From: an uncultured bacterium
GTDB lineage: Bacteria > Latescibacterota > MWCZ01
Assembly (NCBI GenBank): GCA_964510105.1
Contig: CAZEAI010000001.1
Span: 74,693-138,692, forward strand
Length of the DNA: 64,000 nucleotides
Reading direction: 5' to 3'
In this document: positions 18,852 to 26,823 of the stretch, piece by piece
Layout of the letters: every line of letters begins with the position of its first letter
How positions within the stretch are numbered: position 1 is the stretch's first letter
Notes under the pieces: model-generated
What the model was told of the DNA's origin: nothing
Databases searched by the model: none
What the model saw: only the letters and a program-made list of their open reading frames with translations
Position numbers and translations under genes: made by a program

Positions 18852-21233
18852 CTACAGTTCCGCGTGCTTCGTCCGAGCGATGATGTGATCCTGCATGGTC
18901 TTGTCCAGCAGACAGAAACGCATGCTGAAGCCTGATACGCGCACGGCTATATGCCCGAACCGCTCGGGATCGGCCTGCGCCTCGCGGAGCGTCTCCGAAT
19001 CGATCACGTTGAACTGCATCTGCCCGACGCCCTCATCCACCGCGGCCTGCATGGCGTCGAGCACCTTGTCGAGACCGCTGCCCGCGAGCAGCTTCGGCGA
19101 CAGCTCGATGATCGCGCTCGACGACCCCGCCGCGTGCTCGTGCGGAAGTTCCATGAGCGAGCGGAGCATCGCCGTCAGCCCCTCCTGATCCATGCCCTGC
19201 GTCGCCGACACGCTGTACGCCAGCGGATCGTGCGCGAACCGGCCGTCGGGAGTCGCATTCGTCGCTCGACCGTGATCGAGGTGCCAGACGAAGCTGAAAA
19301 GGTGCGCGTGAAACGACCCACCGTGCGGGGTCGTGTACGTGGCCATATGGTCGCAGTAGTGTTGCGCGGCGCGAGCGACCCAGCGATCGACTTCCGCCAC
19401 GCCGTTGCCGTACTTCGGTATTCGGTTGACGATGAACTGCCGCTCGGCCTCGCCGCCTTCCCAGTTCGTGCGCAGAAGGTCGAGCAGCGTGTCGGCCGAC
19501 ATTGTCCCGTCGCCGAATACGAGCTGCTCTACGGCGTGAATCGAGTCGCCCACGTTCGGCAGCCCGATAGCGCACGTCGAGTGGTAGTGGTATCGCGCGC
19601 CGCCAGCGGTCATGTCCGTGCCGCGACCGATGCAGTCTTCGGTTAGAATCGACGTGTACGGCAATGGGTTCCGCAGGTAATCCTCGGCGTCTCCGCGGTT
19701 CGAAAGCTCCACGGCATGCCGGGCGAAATGTTCGACCTGCGCGGCGTACGCAGCCCATAGCTCCTCGACGTCGCTCATGTTGCACAGTTCGCCGGTTCGC
19801 GGGCCGACCTGCTCGTTGGTCTTGAGATCGCGACCGTCGTTGAGGGCGAGTTCGAGACACTTCGCCGTATTCATCATGTGGCTGACGGCGTGCGGATTCG
19901 TCCTGCCGGGAATCGTCACTTCGACGCAGCCGATGATGGCGTAGTCACGGGCTTCCTCTACGGGAATGCCCTTTTCGACAAGCGCCGGTACGATGGCCTC
20001 GTCGTTGAAGAAGAACGGCACACCACCTCCGCGCCGGATGATCCGGAACGCGGCCTCCAGCAGCCTCTTCGGCGTCCCCCGATGCACGCGTACCGACATG
20101 CAGCGGATCAGGTTCACCCGCCACACAGCCTCGAGGAAGAGATACGTCACGTCGTTCGTTGCGTCCGATCCATCGGACAGCACGCCGCCGATCGTCGCCT
20201 GCTGGACGTCGTAGCTCTTGTACAGCGCGAGGTGGAGCGCCTCGAGGATCTCCAGCGCATCGTCCGGGGTGGTGCGTCCGGACGCGATGTCCGCCTCGTA
20301 GCAGGGATTGAGATACTGGTCGTACCGCCCGAACGAGTTCGCGTTGATCCCGTCTTCCCACCCCATCACGAGATGTCCGAACCAGAGCGCCTGCGCCGCT
20401 TCGTGGAACGTTCGCGCCGGCTTCGCGGGCACTCGCTCACATATCTCCGCGAGCCGTCGGTACTCTGTCGCCTGCGCGGCGTCGGGCTCCGCATCGGCCA
20501 TCCCGTTCAGATGCGCGGCGAAACGCCTTCCGAGCCCGCACGCCGCATCGGCGATCGCACGGGCGGATTCCAGCCAGGGGCGCTTCCGCTGATCCTCGGG
20601 CCGCCATGGCTCCAGCGCGGCGAGTTCGGCGTCGACGCGGTCGCGGATGCCTTCGAATCCTTCGCGTATGATCGTCTCGTACGACGGTACGGTATGCCCG
20701 CCGCTTCCGCCCCAGCCGAAGAACATGCCTGCGTCGATGTCCTTCTGGATGTAGTCGGGGAGCGGAGTCGCGAGCGGCTCCATGCGGCGCGGATGCTCCG
20801 CCCACCAGTCGATTGCATCGTGTACGCGTCGTTTCCAGTCGTCGGGGATGCTCAGGCCGTCCACGCGTTCGTGGGTTTGCGCGGCATGGTCGGGATTACT
20901 GAGCGGCTCACACTCGAGCCAGCCGATGCCGCGGAAGGACTCGTGCTGCTGGTAGCCGACGATGATCTCGCCGGGGCGAATCCGAATCGGATAGCCGCGG
21001 ATGACGTTCGCGAGCGCCAGGGCCTGCCGGACAATCCATGGCCGGTCTTCCGTCTCGCGCATGCTCTCGGCTACGAGCCAGGCCCGCGGGGCGTAGTGGT
21101 CTCCGTAGTCGGCGTCATCCGTCGCGTACTCGCGGAGGCGCTCCACGCGAGGCGAGAGATCGACGCCGTGCGCGCCCTGCACGACTTCGGAGTCGTCTGT
21201 TCGTGAGGTATCGGCGGCTAACACGTCGGACAT
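18852..21233 (-). CDS. Glycyl radical enzyme 2 (PFL-like fold; eliminase/dehydratase type, substrate unknown)
   Basis: C-terminal glycine-radical motif RVSGFSMRF; Cys loop IGCVEVTIPG; 793 aa; clearly paralogous to, but divergent from, GRE-1. Confidence 0.85.
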   Translation of the reverse strand: MSDVLAADTSRTDDSEVVQGAHGVDLSPRVERLREYATDDADYGDHYAPRAWLVAESMRETEDRPWIVRQALALANVIRGYPIRIRPGEIIVGYQQHESFRGIGWLECEPLSNPDHAAQTHERVDGLSIPDDWKRRVHDAIDWWAEHPRRMEPLATPLPDYIQKDIDAGMFFGWGGSGGHTVPSYETIIREGFEGIRDRVDAELAALEPWRPEDQRKRPWLESARAIADAACGLGRRFAAHLNGMADAEPDAAQATEYRRLAEICERVPAKPARTFHEAAQALWFGHLVMGWEDGINANSFGRYDQYLNPCYEADIASGRTTPDDALEILEALHLALYKSYDVQQATIGGVLSDGSDATNDVTYLFLEAVWRVNLIRCMSVRVHRGTPKRLLEAAFRIIRRGGGVPFFFNDEAIVPALVEKGIPVEEARDYAIIGCVEVTIPGRTNPHAVSHMMNTAKCLELALNDGRDLKTNEQVGPRTGELCNMSDVEELWAAYAAQVEHFARHAVELSNRGDAEDYLRNPLPYTSILTEDCIGRGTDMTAGGARYHYHSTCAIGLPNVGDSIHAVEQLVFGDGTMSADTLLDLLRTNWEGGEAERQFIVNRIPKYGNGVAEVDRWVARAAQHYCDHMATYTTPHGGSFHAHLFSFVWHLDHGRATNATPDGRFAHDPLAYSVSATQGMDQEGLTAMLRSLMELPHEHAAGSSSAIIELSPKLLAGSGLDKVLDAMQAAVDEGVGQMQFNVIDSETLREAQADPERFGHIAVRVSGFSMRFCLLDKTMQDHIIARTKHAEL

Positions 21234-21328
21234 GGGGTCTCCCCGCGAGCGGTTTCGGACCGGCGGTCTGCATGAATGTACCGATCAGCGGTGGAAATGT
21301 ACGGCGACGCGCCTGGTACCGAAAGGAT

Positions 21329-21366
21329 GTAGGGGCCGGCGGGGCGAACACGGGGCTCGCCCCTAC
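21329..21366 (-). terminator. Putative terminator hairpin downstream of the PhyH-family gene
   Basis: GTAGGGGC...GCCCCTAC 8-bp stem enclosing a GC-rich inner hairpin; followed, in minus-strand sense, by AUCCUUUCGG. Confidence 0.35.
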
Positions 21367-21385
21367 GACATCGACCATCGCCGAT

Positions 21386-22165
21386 TCAGTACGCCTCTAT
21401 CGTCTGCCAGTCGAGCTTCGGCCGGACACCCTTTACCATGTAGCCGGGGCGCGTCAGGCCTTGCCCGCCTTCCTGCCGGTTGCGCGGGTCGCGGAACCCG
21501 AGCCGCACGATGCGTCTCCAACGGCCACTGTGATTCACCGCTGATCCGTGAATCGTCCAGATGCTGAACAGCACCACGTCGCCCGCCTTGGCCGGTACGC
21601 TCACCGCGTCCTCCAGCCGGTACTGGTCCGTCGGCAGGTGCGGCGCGGTGTCCTCTCCCGTGATGTGCTCCAGCTTGCCGAGCTTGTGGCTTCCCGCGAG
21701 GAACTTGATGCAGCCCGCCAGCTCATCCGCGTCGTCGAGGTGCACCAGCGCGTCGACGTAGCGCCCGTCCCTGTGCGGGTAGAACGGCAGGTCCTGGTGC
21801 ATCGGAAACGGCGCGCCCGCGTCGGGCGACTTCGCGTGGAGCGTCGAGTGGTGCAGCTCGACCTCGTCCGAGCTAAGCACCGCCCCGACGGCGTCCGCGA
21901 GCCCCGGCGTGCTGATGGCGCGATTCCACGCGGCGGAGTAGTGCTGGAGTTCGTGGATCGCCACAAGCTGCGCCTTCTCCTCCTCGTCGGCGTCGAGGTA
22001 TTCCTCGCGCCACGGCCCGCGCCATGCGGCGTTCCAGTCGGCGAACGTCTCCATGACGTAGGTCAATTCGTCGCTCATGCGAGCGAGTTCGTCGGGCGCG
22101 TAGACCTGCTTGAGATGGAGGTAGCCGTTCTCGGCGTAGAAATCGACCTGTTCCTGCGAGATCAT
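21386..22165 (-). CDS. PhyH-family Fe(II)/2-oxoglutarate-dependent dioxygenase
   Basis: HxD...H facial triad candidates (HQDLPFYPH ... TIHGS) and a phytanoyl-CoA-dioxygenase-like N-terminus (ENGYLHLKQV); about 260 aa. Confidence 0.7.
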   Translation of the reverse strand: MISQEQVDFYAENGYLHLKQVYAPDELARMSDELTYVMETFADWNAAWRGPWREEYLDADEEEKAQLVAIHELQHYSAAWNRAISTPGLADAVGAVLSSDEVELHHSTLHAKSPDAGAPFPMHQDLPFYPHRDGRYVDALVHLDDADELAGCIKFLAGSHKLGKLEHITGEDTAPHLPTDQYRLEDAVSVPAKAGDVVLFSIWTIHGSAVNHSGRWRRIVRLGFRDPRNRQEGGQGLTRPGYMVKGVRPKLDWQTIEAY

Positions 22166-22336
22166 CGTGTATCCCTTGAGCGCATGGGGTAGGAGCGTAG
22201 CGTATCGGGATACAAAGATGGAAAGAATGAGCGAGCAGTCAATAAACGAGTGGCGATGCGGCGTTCGTGCTGTCTCGGGAGCGAGGTCGGGGATGTGGTG
22301 GCACTGTCACCGTGTTTGCGCCCTCTCTGGCCGAAT

Positions 22337-23017
22337 TCAGTCGTTCAGCAGCCGCACGGCGTCAAACAGCCCTCGCTCGGATGATAGAATGGACCGGCCT
22401 GCGCCTGCAAAGTCACCGGTGGCATCAGTGAATTGCGCTCTCTCAAGCGCCACACCGGGCTTGCCGATGAGGCTCGTTATCGCACCGGACGCGTCGGTGA
22501 ATGCGATCTGCGCGCCATAGGAGGCTTGGCACAACACCGACATTCTCACTCGCTGAAGCTCGTCGAGGAATTGTAGGGAACTTGCGGAAGTTGTGGGCGG
22601 GTCTCCCGCAGAAAGACCCATACGAGGTCCAGCCTCGTCAGCTAGAATCAGTGTATGCGGAAGGAGGATTGCGCGATATCCGGCGTTGCCAGCTCGCAAC
22701 GTAAGAGACCCCTCGCTGATCCTAGTGTGCCACGAGGTGGGCTGTCCTACGGTGATGCCGCTCCCGGCAATGCTAACAAGCGTCCGGCCATCGCCGCCTA
22801 CAACAACGAGGCTATCACCAAGCCTGATCGTCCTCGCAGTCAGACTGACCACTTCAAGATCGTCTGGAAGGCCCGATGTGCTGTTCATCAGACCGCACGA
22901 CACGATGGCCGCGAGCGCCAACGCGAGACCCATCGTACCCGCGACCAATCGCCTGTTGGCGCTCTCTAGGCGCCGCAGACGTGAATCCATCTCTTCACCG
23001 TGCGGTGAGTGTGACAT
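22337..23017 (-). CDS. Hypothetical membrane-anchored protein (short coiled-coil N-terminus, one TM, about 170-aa extracytoplasmic domain)
   Basis: ATG at 23017 preceded by GGGGGA (RBS-like, minus sense); TM segment LVAGTMGLALALAAIVSCGL; no recognisable motifs. Confidence 0.4.
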   Translation of the reverse strand: MSHSPHGEEMDSRLRRLESANRRLVAGTMGLALALAAIVSCGLMNSTSGLPDDLEVVSLTARTIRLGDSLVVVGGDGRTLVSIAGSGITVGQPTSWHTRISEGSLTLRAGNAGYRAILLPHTLILADEAGPRMGLSAGDPPTTSASSLQFLDELQRVRMSVLCQASYGAQIAFTDASGAITSLIGKPGVALERAQFTDATGDFAGAGRSILSSERGLFDAVRLLND

Positions 23018-23114
23018 GGAGTTATCCCCCTTGTTCTGATCGGCAGCTAGGAAGTATCCGTATGTCTCCGACGGAACAGTAGTAGGCCGCTTCACTGAGC
23101 GCAACAGCCCGCCC

Positions 23115-24074
23115 CTACTCCCGCGTCACTTCCACGCCGTGGTGGGCGAACACGTCGGCGACCGCGGATATGTCCTCCTCCGACGGCGCGTCCGTGCCGG
23201 TGAGGGTGTAGTCCCTGCCGAACTGCTCGTACTTGCTTTCGGCGAGGCGGTGGTAGGGCATGATGTTGAGCTGCTCAAGGCGCGGATTGCCCCACAGCTC
23301 GCCGACGAACGTCGCCATGCGCTCGACGTCTTCCGGGTCGTCCGTGCAACCGGGGATGAGTGGGAAGCGCAGCCACACCGGCGGACCGTCGTCACCGGAG
23401 AGGATTTCCCGCAGATTCGCGATGACCAGCTCGTTGGAGACGCCGGTCAGGCGTCGGTGCAAGTCGTCGTCCAGGGCCTTCAGGTCGAAGAGCACGAGGT
23501 CCGCCATCGGGACGATGCTTTGCACGGTCTCCGCTGGAGCGTATCCGCACGTATCGACGGCGCAGTGGAATCCGCCGTCGCGCGAAAGCTGCAACACCGC
23601 TCGCGTGAATTCGGGCTGGAGCATCGGCTCGCCGCCGGAGAGCGTGATGCCACCGCCGGAACGCTCGTAGAACATCTTGTCCCGCCCGGCAAGCTCGACG
23701 GCCTCCCCGGCCGTTGTCTCGCGCCCGGCGATCTCAAGCGCTCCTGTGGGACATCCCTCGATACAGACGCCGCACCGCACGCACGCGTCGCGGTCGTACT
23801 CGTGCGTATCCCCTTCGATCCGGTGCCCGTCGTGTTCGCACGCCTCGACACACTGCGAGCAGAACAGGCACTTCGCCGGGAGATACCGGATGTCGCGCCG
23901 GGCCTCCATCGACTCCGGATTGTGACACCAGAGACACCGCAGCGGACAGCCCTTGAGGAAGATCGTCGTACGGATGCCGGGTCCGTCGTGTATCGAGAAG
24001 CTCTGGATATCGAAGATGCGCCCCGTCACGGATTCCAGGTCGGCGACGGTGCTCGCGTGGGCGGGTGTGGTCAT
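23115..24074 (-). CDS. Glycyl-radical-enzyme activating enzyme (radical SAM, with two auxiliary ferredoxin-like [4Fe-4S] motifs)
   Basis: Radical-SAM CPLRCLWCHNPES (CxxxCxxC) plus CLFCSQCVEAC and CVRCGVCIEGC clusters, and the glycine-rich SAM motif GGEPML. This three-cluster architecture is typical of activases for non-PFL GREs. Start trimmed to MTTPAHA at 24074. Confidence 0.85.
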   Translation of the reverse strand: MTTPAHASTVADLESVTGRIFDIQSFSIHDGPGIRTTIFLKGCPLRCLWCHNPESMEARRDIRYLPAKCLFCSQCVEACEHDGHRIEGDTHEYDRDACVRCGVCIEGCPTGALEIAGRETTAGEAVELAGRDKMFYERSGGGITLSGGEPMLQPEFTRAVLQLSRDGGFHCAVDTCGYAPAETVQSIVPMADLVLFDLKALDDDLHRRLTGVSNELVIANLREILSGDDGPPVWLRFPLIPGCTDDPEDVERMATFVGELWGNPRLEQLNIMPYHRLAESKYEQFGRDYTLTGTDAPSEEDISAVADVFAHHGVEVTRE

Positions 24075-24307
24075 CGGGGTGCCTGCGCTCCGGCGTAACG
24101 GGTATCGAGGGCTACCGACCGACGAAGATACGATGGGCCTGCCGGTCGGAGGAACCCTTGGTACGTTCACAGGCCGAAGCTAGTGTACCGGAGCCGGCAT
24201 CACGCGTCGCGACCGCCGTCCCTCCGAACGAGGTGGCGAGTCGCATGCGCAGCACCACCAGCCACGCAGCGATCGTCGTTCTGAGTGAAGCGAAGAATCT
24301 CTCGCGC

Positions 24308-24319
24308 CGCGATATCGCG
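24308..24319. promoter_or_regulatory. Perfect 12-bp palindrome CGCGATATCGCG about 45 bp upstream of the URO-D-like operon, in the divergent promoter region shared with the activase gene
   Basis: Read directly from the sequence; candidate operator for a dimeric regulator. Confidence 0.3.
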
Positions 24320-24361
24320 ATTCCGAACGCAGCGTAGAATCTCCCACCGTCTGGAGACTAG

Positions 24362-25453
24362 ATGACCGACCGCGAACGCATGACCGCCATCATGCGCCAC
24401 GAGCCCGTCGACCGCGCGATCTGGCAGCCGAGGCTTGAGCACTGGTACAACACGAACAAGCGCCAAGACACGCTGCCCGAGTCGTACCGAGAACTGTCGC
24501 TGCTCGACGTGTACGACGATCTTGGCTGCTCAATCCGCGCGTACGATTTCTACAACCAGGCCATCGAGCGCCTGCCCATGGAGGGTGTGTCGCTGGATGT
24601 CGTCGAGGAGTCGGCGCGGCACAGCGTCGGGCGGCTGAGCACGCCCGTCGGCACGCTGGAATGCGTGGCGGGCAAGACGGCGGAATCGTCGCTCCTGCGA
24701 GAGTTCTTCATCAAGAGTATCGACGACATACGCGTCTACGAATACCTCCTTGAGAAGCAGGAATTCCACTTCAATCTCGATACATTCCGCGAGATGGACG
24801 AGCTCGTCGGCGACCGTGGCGCACCGGTGATGTTCAACCTGCGCACGCCGCTCATGCGGATGTTCATCGAGACGATGGGATTCGAGAACACCATTGTGGC
24901 CATGCACGAGCACCCGGTGGAGATGGAGCGCTACGTCCGGCTCATGGAGGAGACGGACCAGCGCTACTACGACATGGCGAAAGGGTGCCCGATCGACGCG
25001 CTCAACTTCGGCGACAACGTCGACTCGAACATGCTACCGCCCAGTCTGATGCGAGAGTGGACCCTCCCGTACTACCAGCGCCGCACGGCGGAAATCAGAG
25101 ACGCCGGCATGGTCTCGTATCCGCATTGGGATGGCGCGCTCGCCGGCCTGCTGCCGTTCATCTCGGAGGCGGGGTTCGACGGCTACGAGGCGCTCACACC
25201 CGAGCCCATGGGCGACGTGACAGTCGAGGCCATCGCCGACGCCATGGGCCACGACTACTTCATGATGGACGGCATCCCGGCGTCGGTATTTTGCGAGCCG
25301 TTCACAATGCAGGAGGTCGAGGATTTCGCCATACGCGTGCTCGACCTCTTCGCGCCAGGCCTGATTCTGGGCGTGTCGGACGAGCTTCCGCCCGACGCGG
25401 ACATCGAGCGAGTACGTCTCGTTGCGGAAATCGTGCGAGACTACAGACCGTAA
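24362..25453 (+). CDS. Uroporphyrinogen-decarboxylase (URO-D)-like family protein 1
   Basis: N-terminal ERMTAIMRHEPVDRA and the central GFENTIVAMHEHPVEMERYV region resemble the URO-D-like/MtaA-like TIM-barrel family; about 360 aa. Confidence 0.55.
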   Translation: MTDRERMTAIMRHEPVDRAIWQPRLEHWYNTNKRQDTLPESYRELSLLDVYDDLGCSIRAYDFYNQAIERLPMEGVSLDVVEESARHSVGRLSTPVGTLECVAGKTAESSLLREFFIKSIDDIRVYEYLLEKQEFHFNLDTFREMDELVGDRGAPVMFNLRTPLMRMFIETMGFENTIVAMHEHPVEMERYVRLMEETDQRYYDMAKGCPIDALNFGDNVDSNMLPPSLMREWTLPYYQRRTAEIRDAGMVSYPHWDGALAGLLPFISEAGFDGYEALTPEPMGDVTVEAIADAMGHDYFMMDGIPASVFCEPFTMQEVEDFAIRVLDLFAPGLILGVSDELPPDADIERVRLVAEIVRDYRP

Positions 25454-25520
25454 CCACCCGACACTCGGGCAGCCTCGCAGCACGCGGTGTCCAAACGCAA
25501 CGACACAGGGGAACGATACA

Positions 25521-26810
25521 ATGGCATCATCAGCCGACTCACCGGTGATCACCGAACGCGACCGCACAATCCTGCGCGACGTGGCGTCGCGGTACATGGA
25601 GATCGCCCACAGCGCGAAAAATGAGGAACGGCGACGCCTCTGGACCGATCACAACGATCTGCGCGAGTCGCGTCCGCTGGTGCTCATCGAGTCGTTTCCG
25701 GCGACCGATACGATGATCACGCCCGATGTACTGGAATGCGAGCAGGAGTCGTCGCGCGGACTCGAACGGTCGCTACGCGTGAAGATCGCGCACTTCGAGC
25801 ACGTCGACGACGACGACGTTGTCGAGCCATACATCACCGCCAACTGGAGCGTGAGTGGCACGGGATACGGCGTCGCCTCGAAGCGCGAGTTCGCACCTGA
25901 CCGAGAGACCACCGACCACATCAGAGGCAGCTACGTGTGGGAAGCGCCGATCCAGAACATAGAACGCGACTTCCACAAGCTCACGCCTCGTACCTTCACC
26001 GTCGACCGCGATGCCACGCATGACCGGGTATCCCACCTGGAGGACGTATTCGGCGATGCGCTTCCGGTGCGGATTCGTGGTGGATTCTGGTGGACAACGG
26101 GCATGACCATCGTCGCCATCGATCTCATCGGCCTCGAGAACCTCATGCTCTACATGTATGACGATCCCGACGGACTCCACCGCATCATGGGATTCCTGCG
26201 CGACGATCAGGTCGCCTACTCGAAGTGGCTTGAGAGCGAGGGTCTGCTCACGCTGAACAACGAGGGCGACTACATCGGCTCCGGCAGCCGCGGCTACACG
26301 ACCGATCTCCCGCAGTCGGACTATACGCCGGACTCACCGCCGCGCCTGCGTGACCTGTGGGTCCTCTCCGAGTCGCAGGAGACCGTCGGTGTCGGACCGG
26401 AGCAGTTCCGCGAGTTCGTCCTGCCGTATCAGAAGGATGTCGTCGGTCTGTACGGGCTGACCTACTACGGCTGCTGCGAGCCCGTCCACAGCCGGTGGAA
26501 GGAACTCACCGAGTTCTCGAATCTGCGCAGCGTATCTATCTCCCCGTGGGCGGACGAATCGTTCATGGGCGAGGCCCTCGGGCGAGACTACGTCTACAGC
26601 CGGAAGCCGAATCCGACGCTCATCAGCACGACCGAATGGGACGAAGAGGCCATCCGGGCCGACATCCGCGCGACGCTCAACGCCACGAAAGGCTGCAACG
26701 TCGAGATCGTTATGAAGGACGTTCACACGCTCTCCGGCGAGCCATGGCGCGCCGCGCGCTGGGTCGAGATCTCGCGCGAGATCATCCGCGAGTTCGGCTT
26801 CGACGCGTAG
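25521..26810 (+). CDS. URO-D-like family protein 2 (divergent paralog of the upstream gene)
   Basis: ATG at 25521 with a GGGGA RBS; shares GLENLMLYMYDDPDGLHRIM with the GFENTIVAMHEHPVEMERYV region of the upstream gene; C-terminal ISPWAD motif; 429 aa. Confidence 0.45.
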   Translation: MASSADSPVITERDRTILRDVASRYMEIAHSAKNEERRRLWTDHNDLRESRPLVLIESFPATDTMITPDVLECEQESSRGLERSLRVKIAHFEHVDDDDVVEPYITANWSVSGTGYGVASKREFAPDRETTDHIRGSYVWEAPIQNIERDFHKLTPRTFTVDRDATHDRVSHLEDVFGDALPVRIRGGFWWTTGMTIVAIDLIGLENLMLYMYDDPDGLHRIMGFLRDDQVAYSKWLESEGLLTLNNEGDYIGSGSRGYTTDLPQSDYTPDSPPRLRDLWVLSESQETVGVGPEQFREFVLPYQKDVVGLYGLTYYGCCEPVHSRWKELTEFSNLRSVSISPWADESFMGEALGRDYVYSRKPNPTLISTTEWDEEAIRADIRATLNATKGCNVEIVMKDVHTLSGEPWRAARWVEISREIIREFGFDA

Positions 26811-26823
26811 CCGGGAGGCTCCC

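Noticed and set aside
23139-24098. 319-aa plus-strand ORF over the activase gene
   Set aside because: The minus strand encodes a textbook radical-SAM activase (CxxxCxxC plus two ferredoxin motifs); the plus-strand frame has none.
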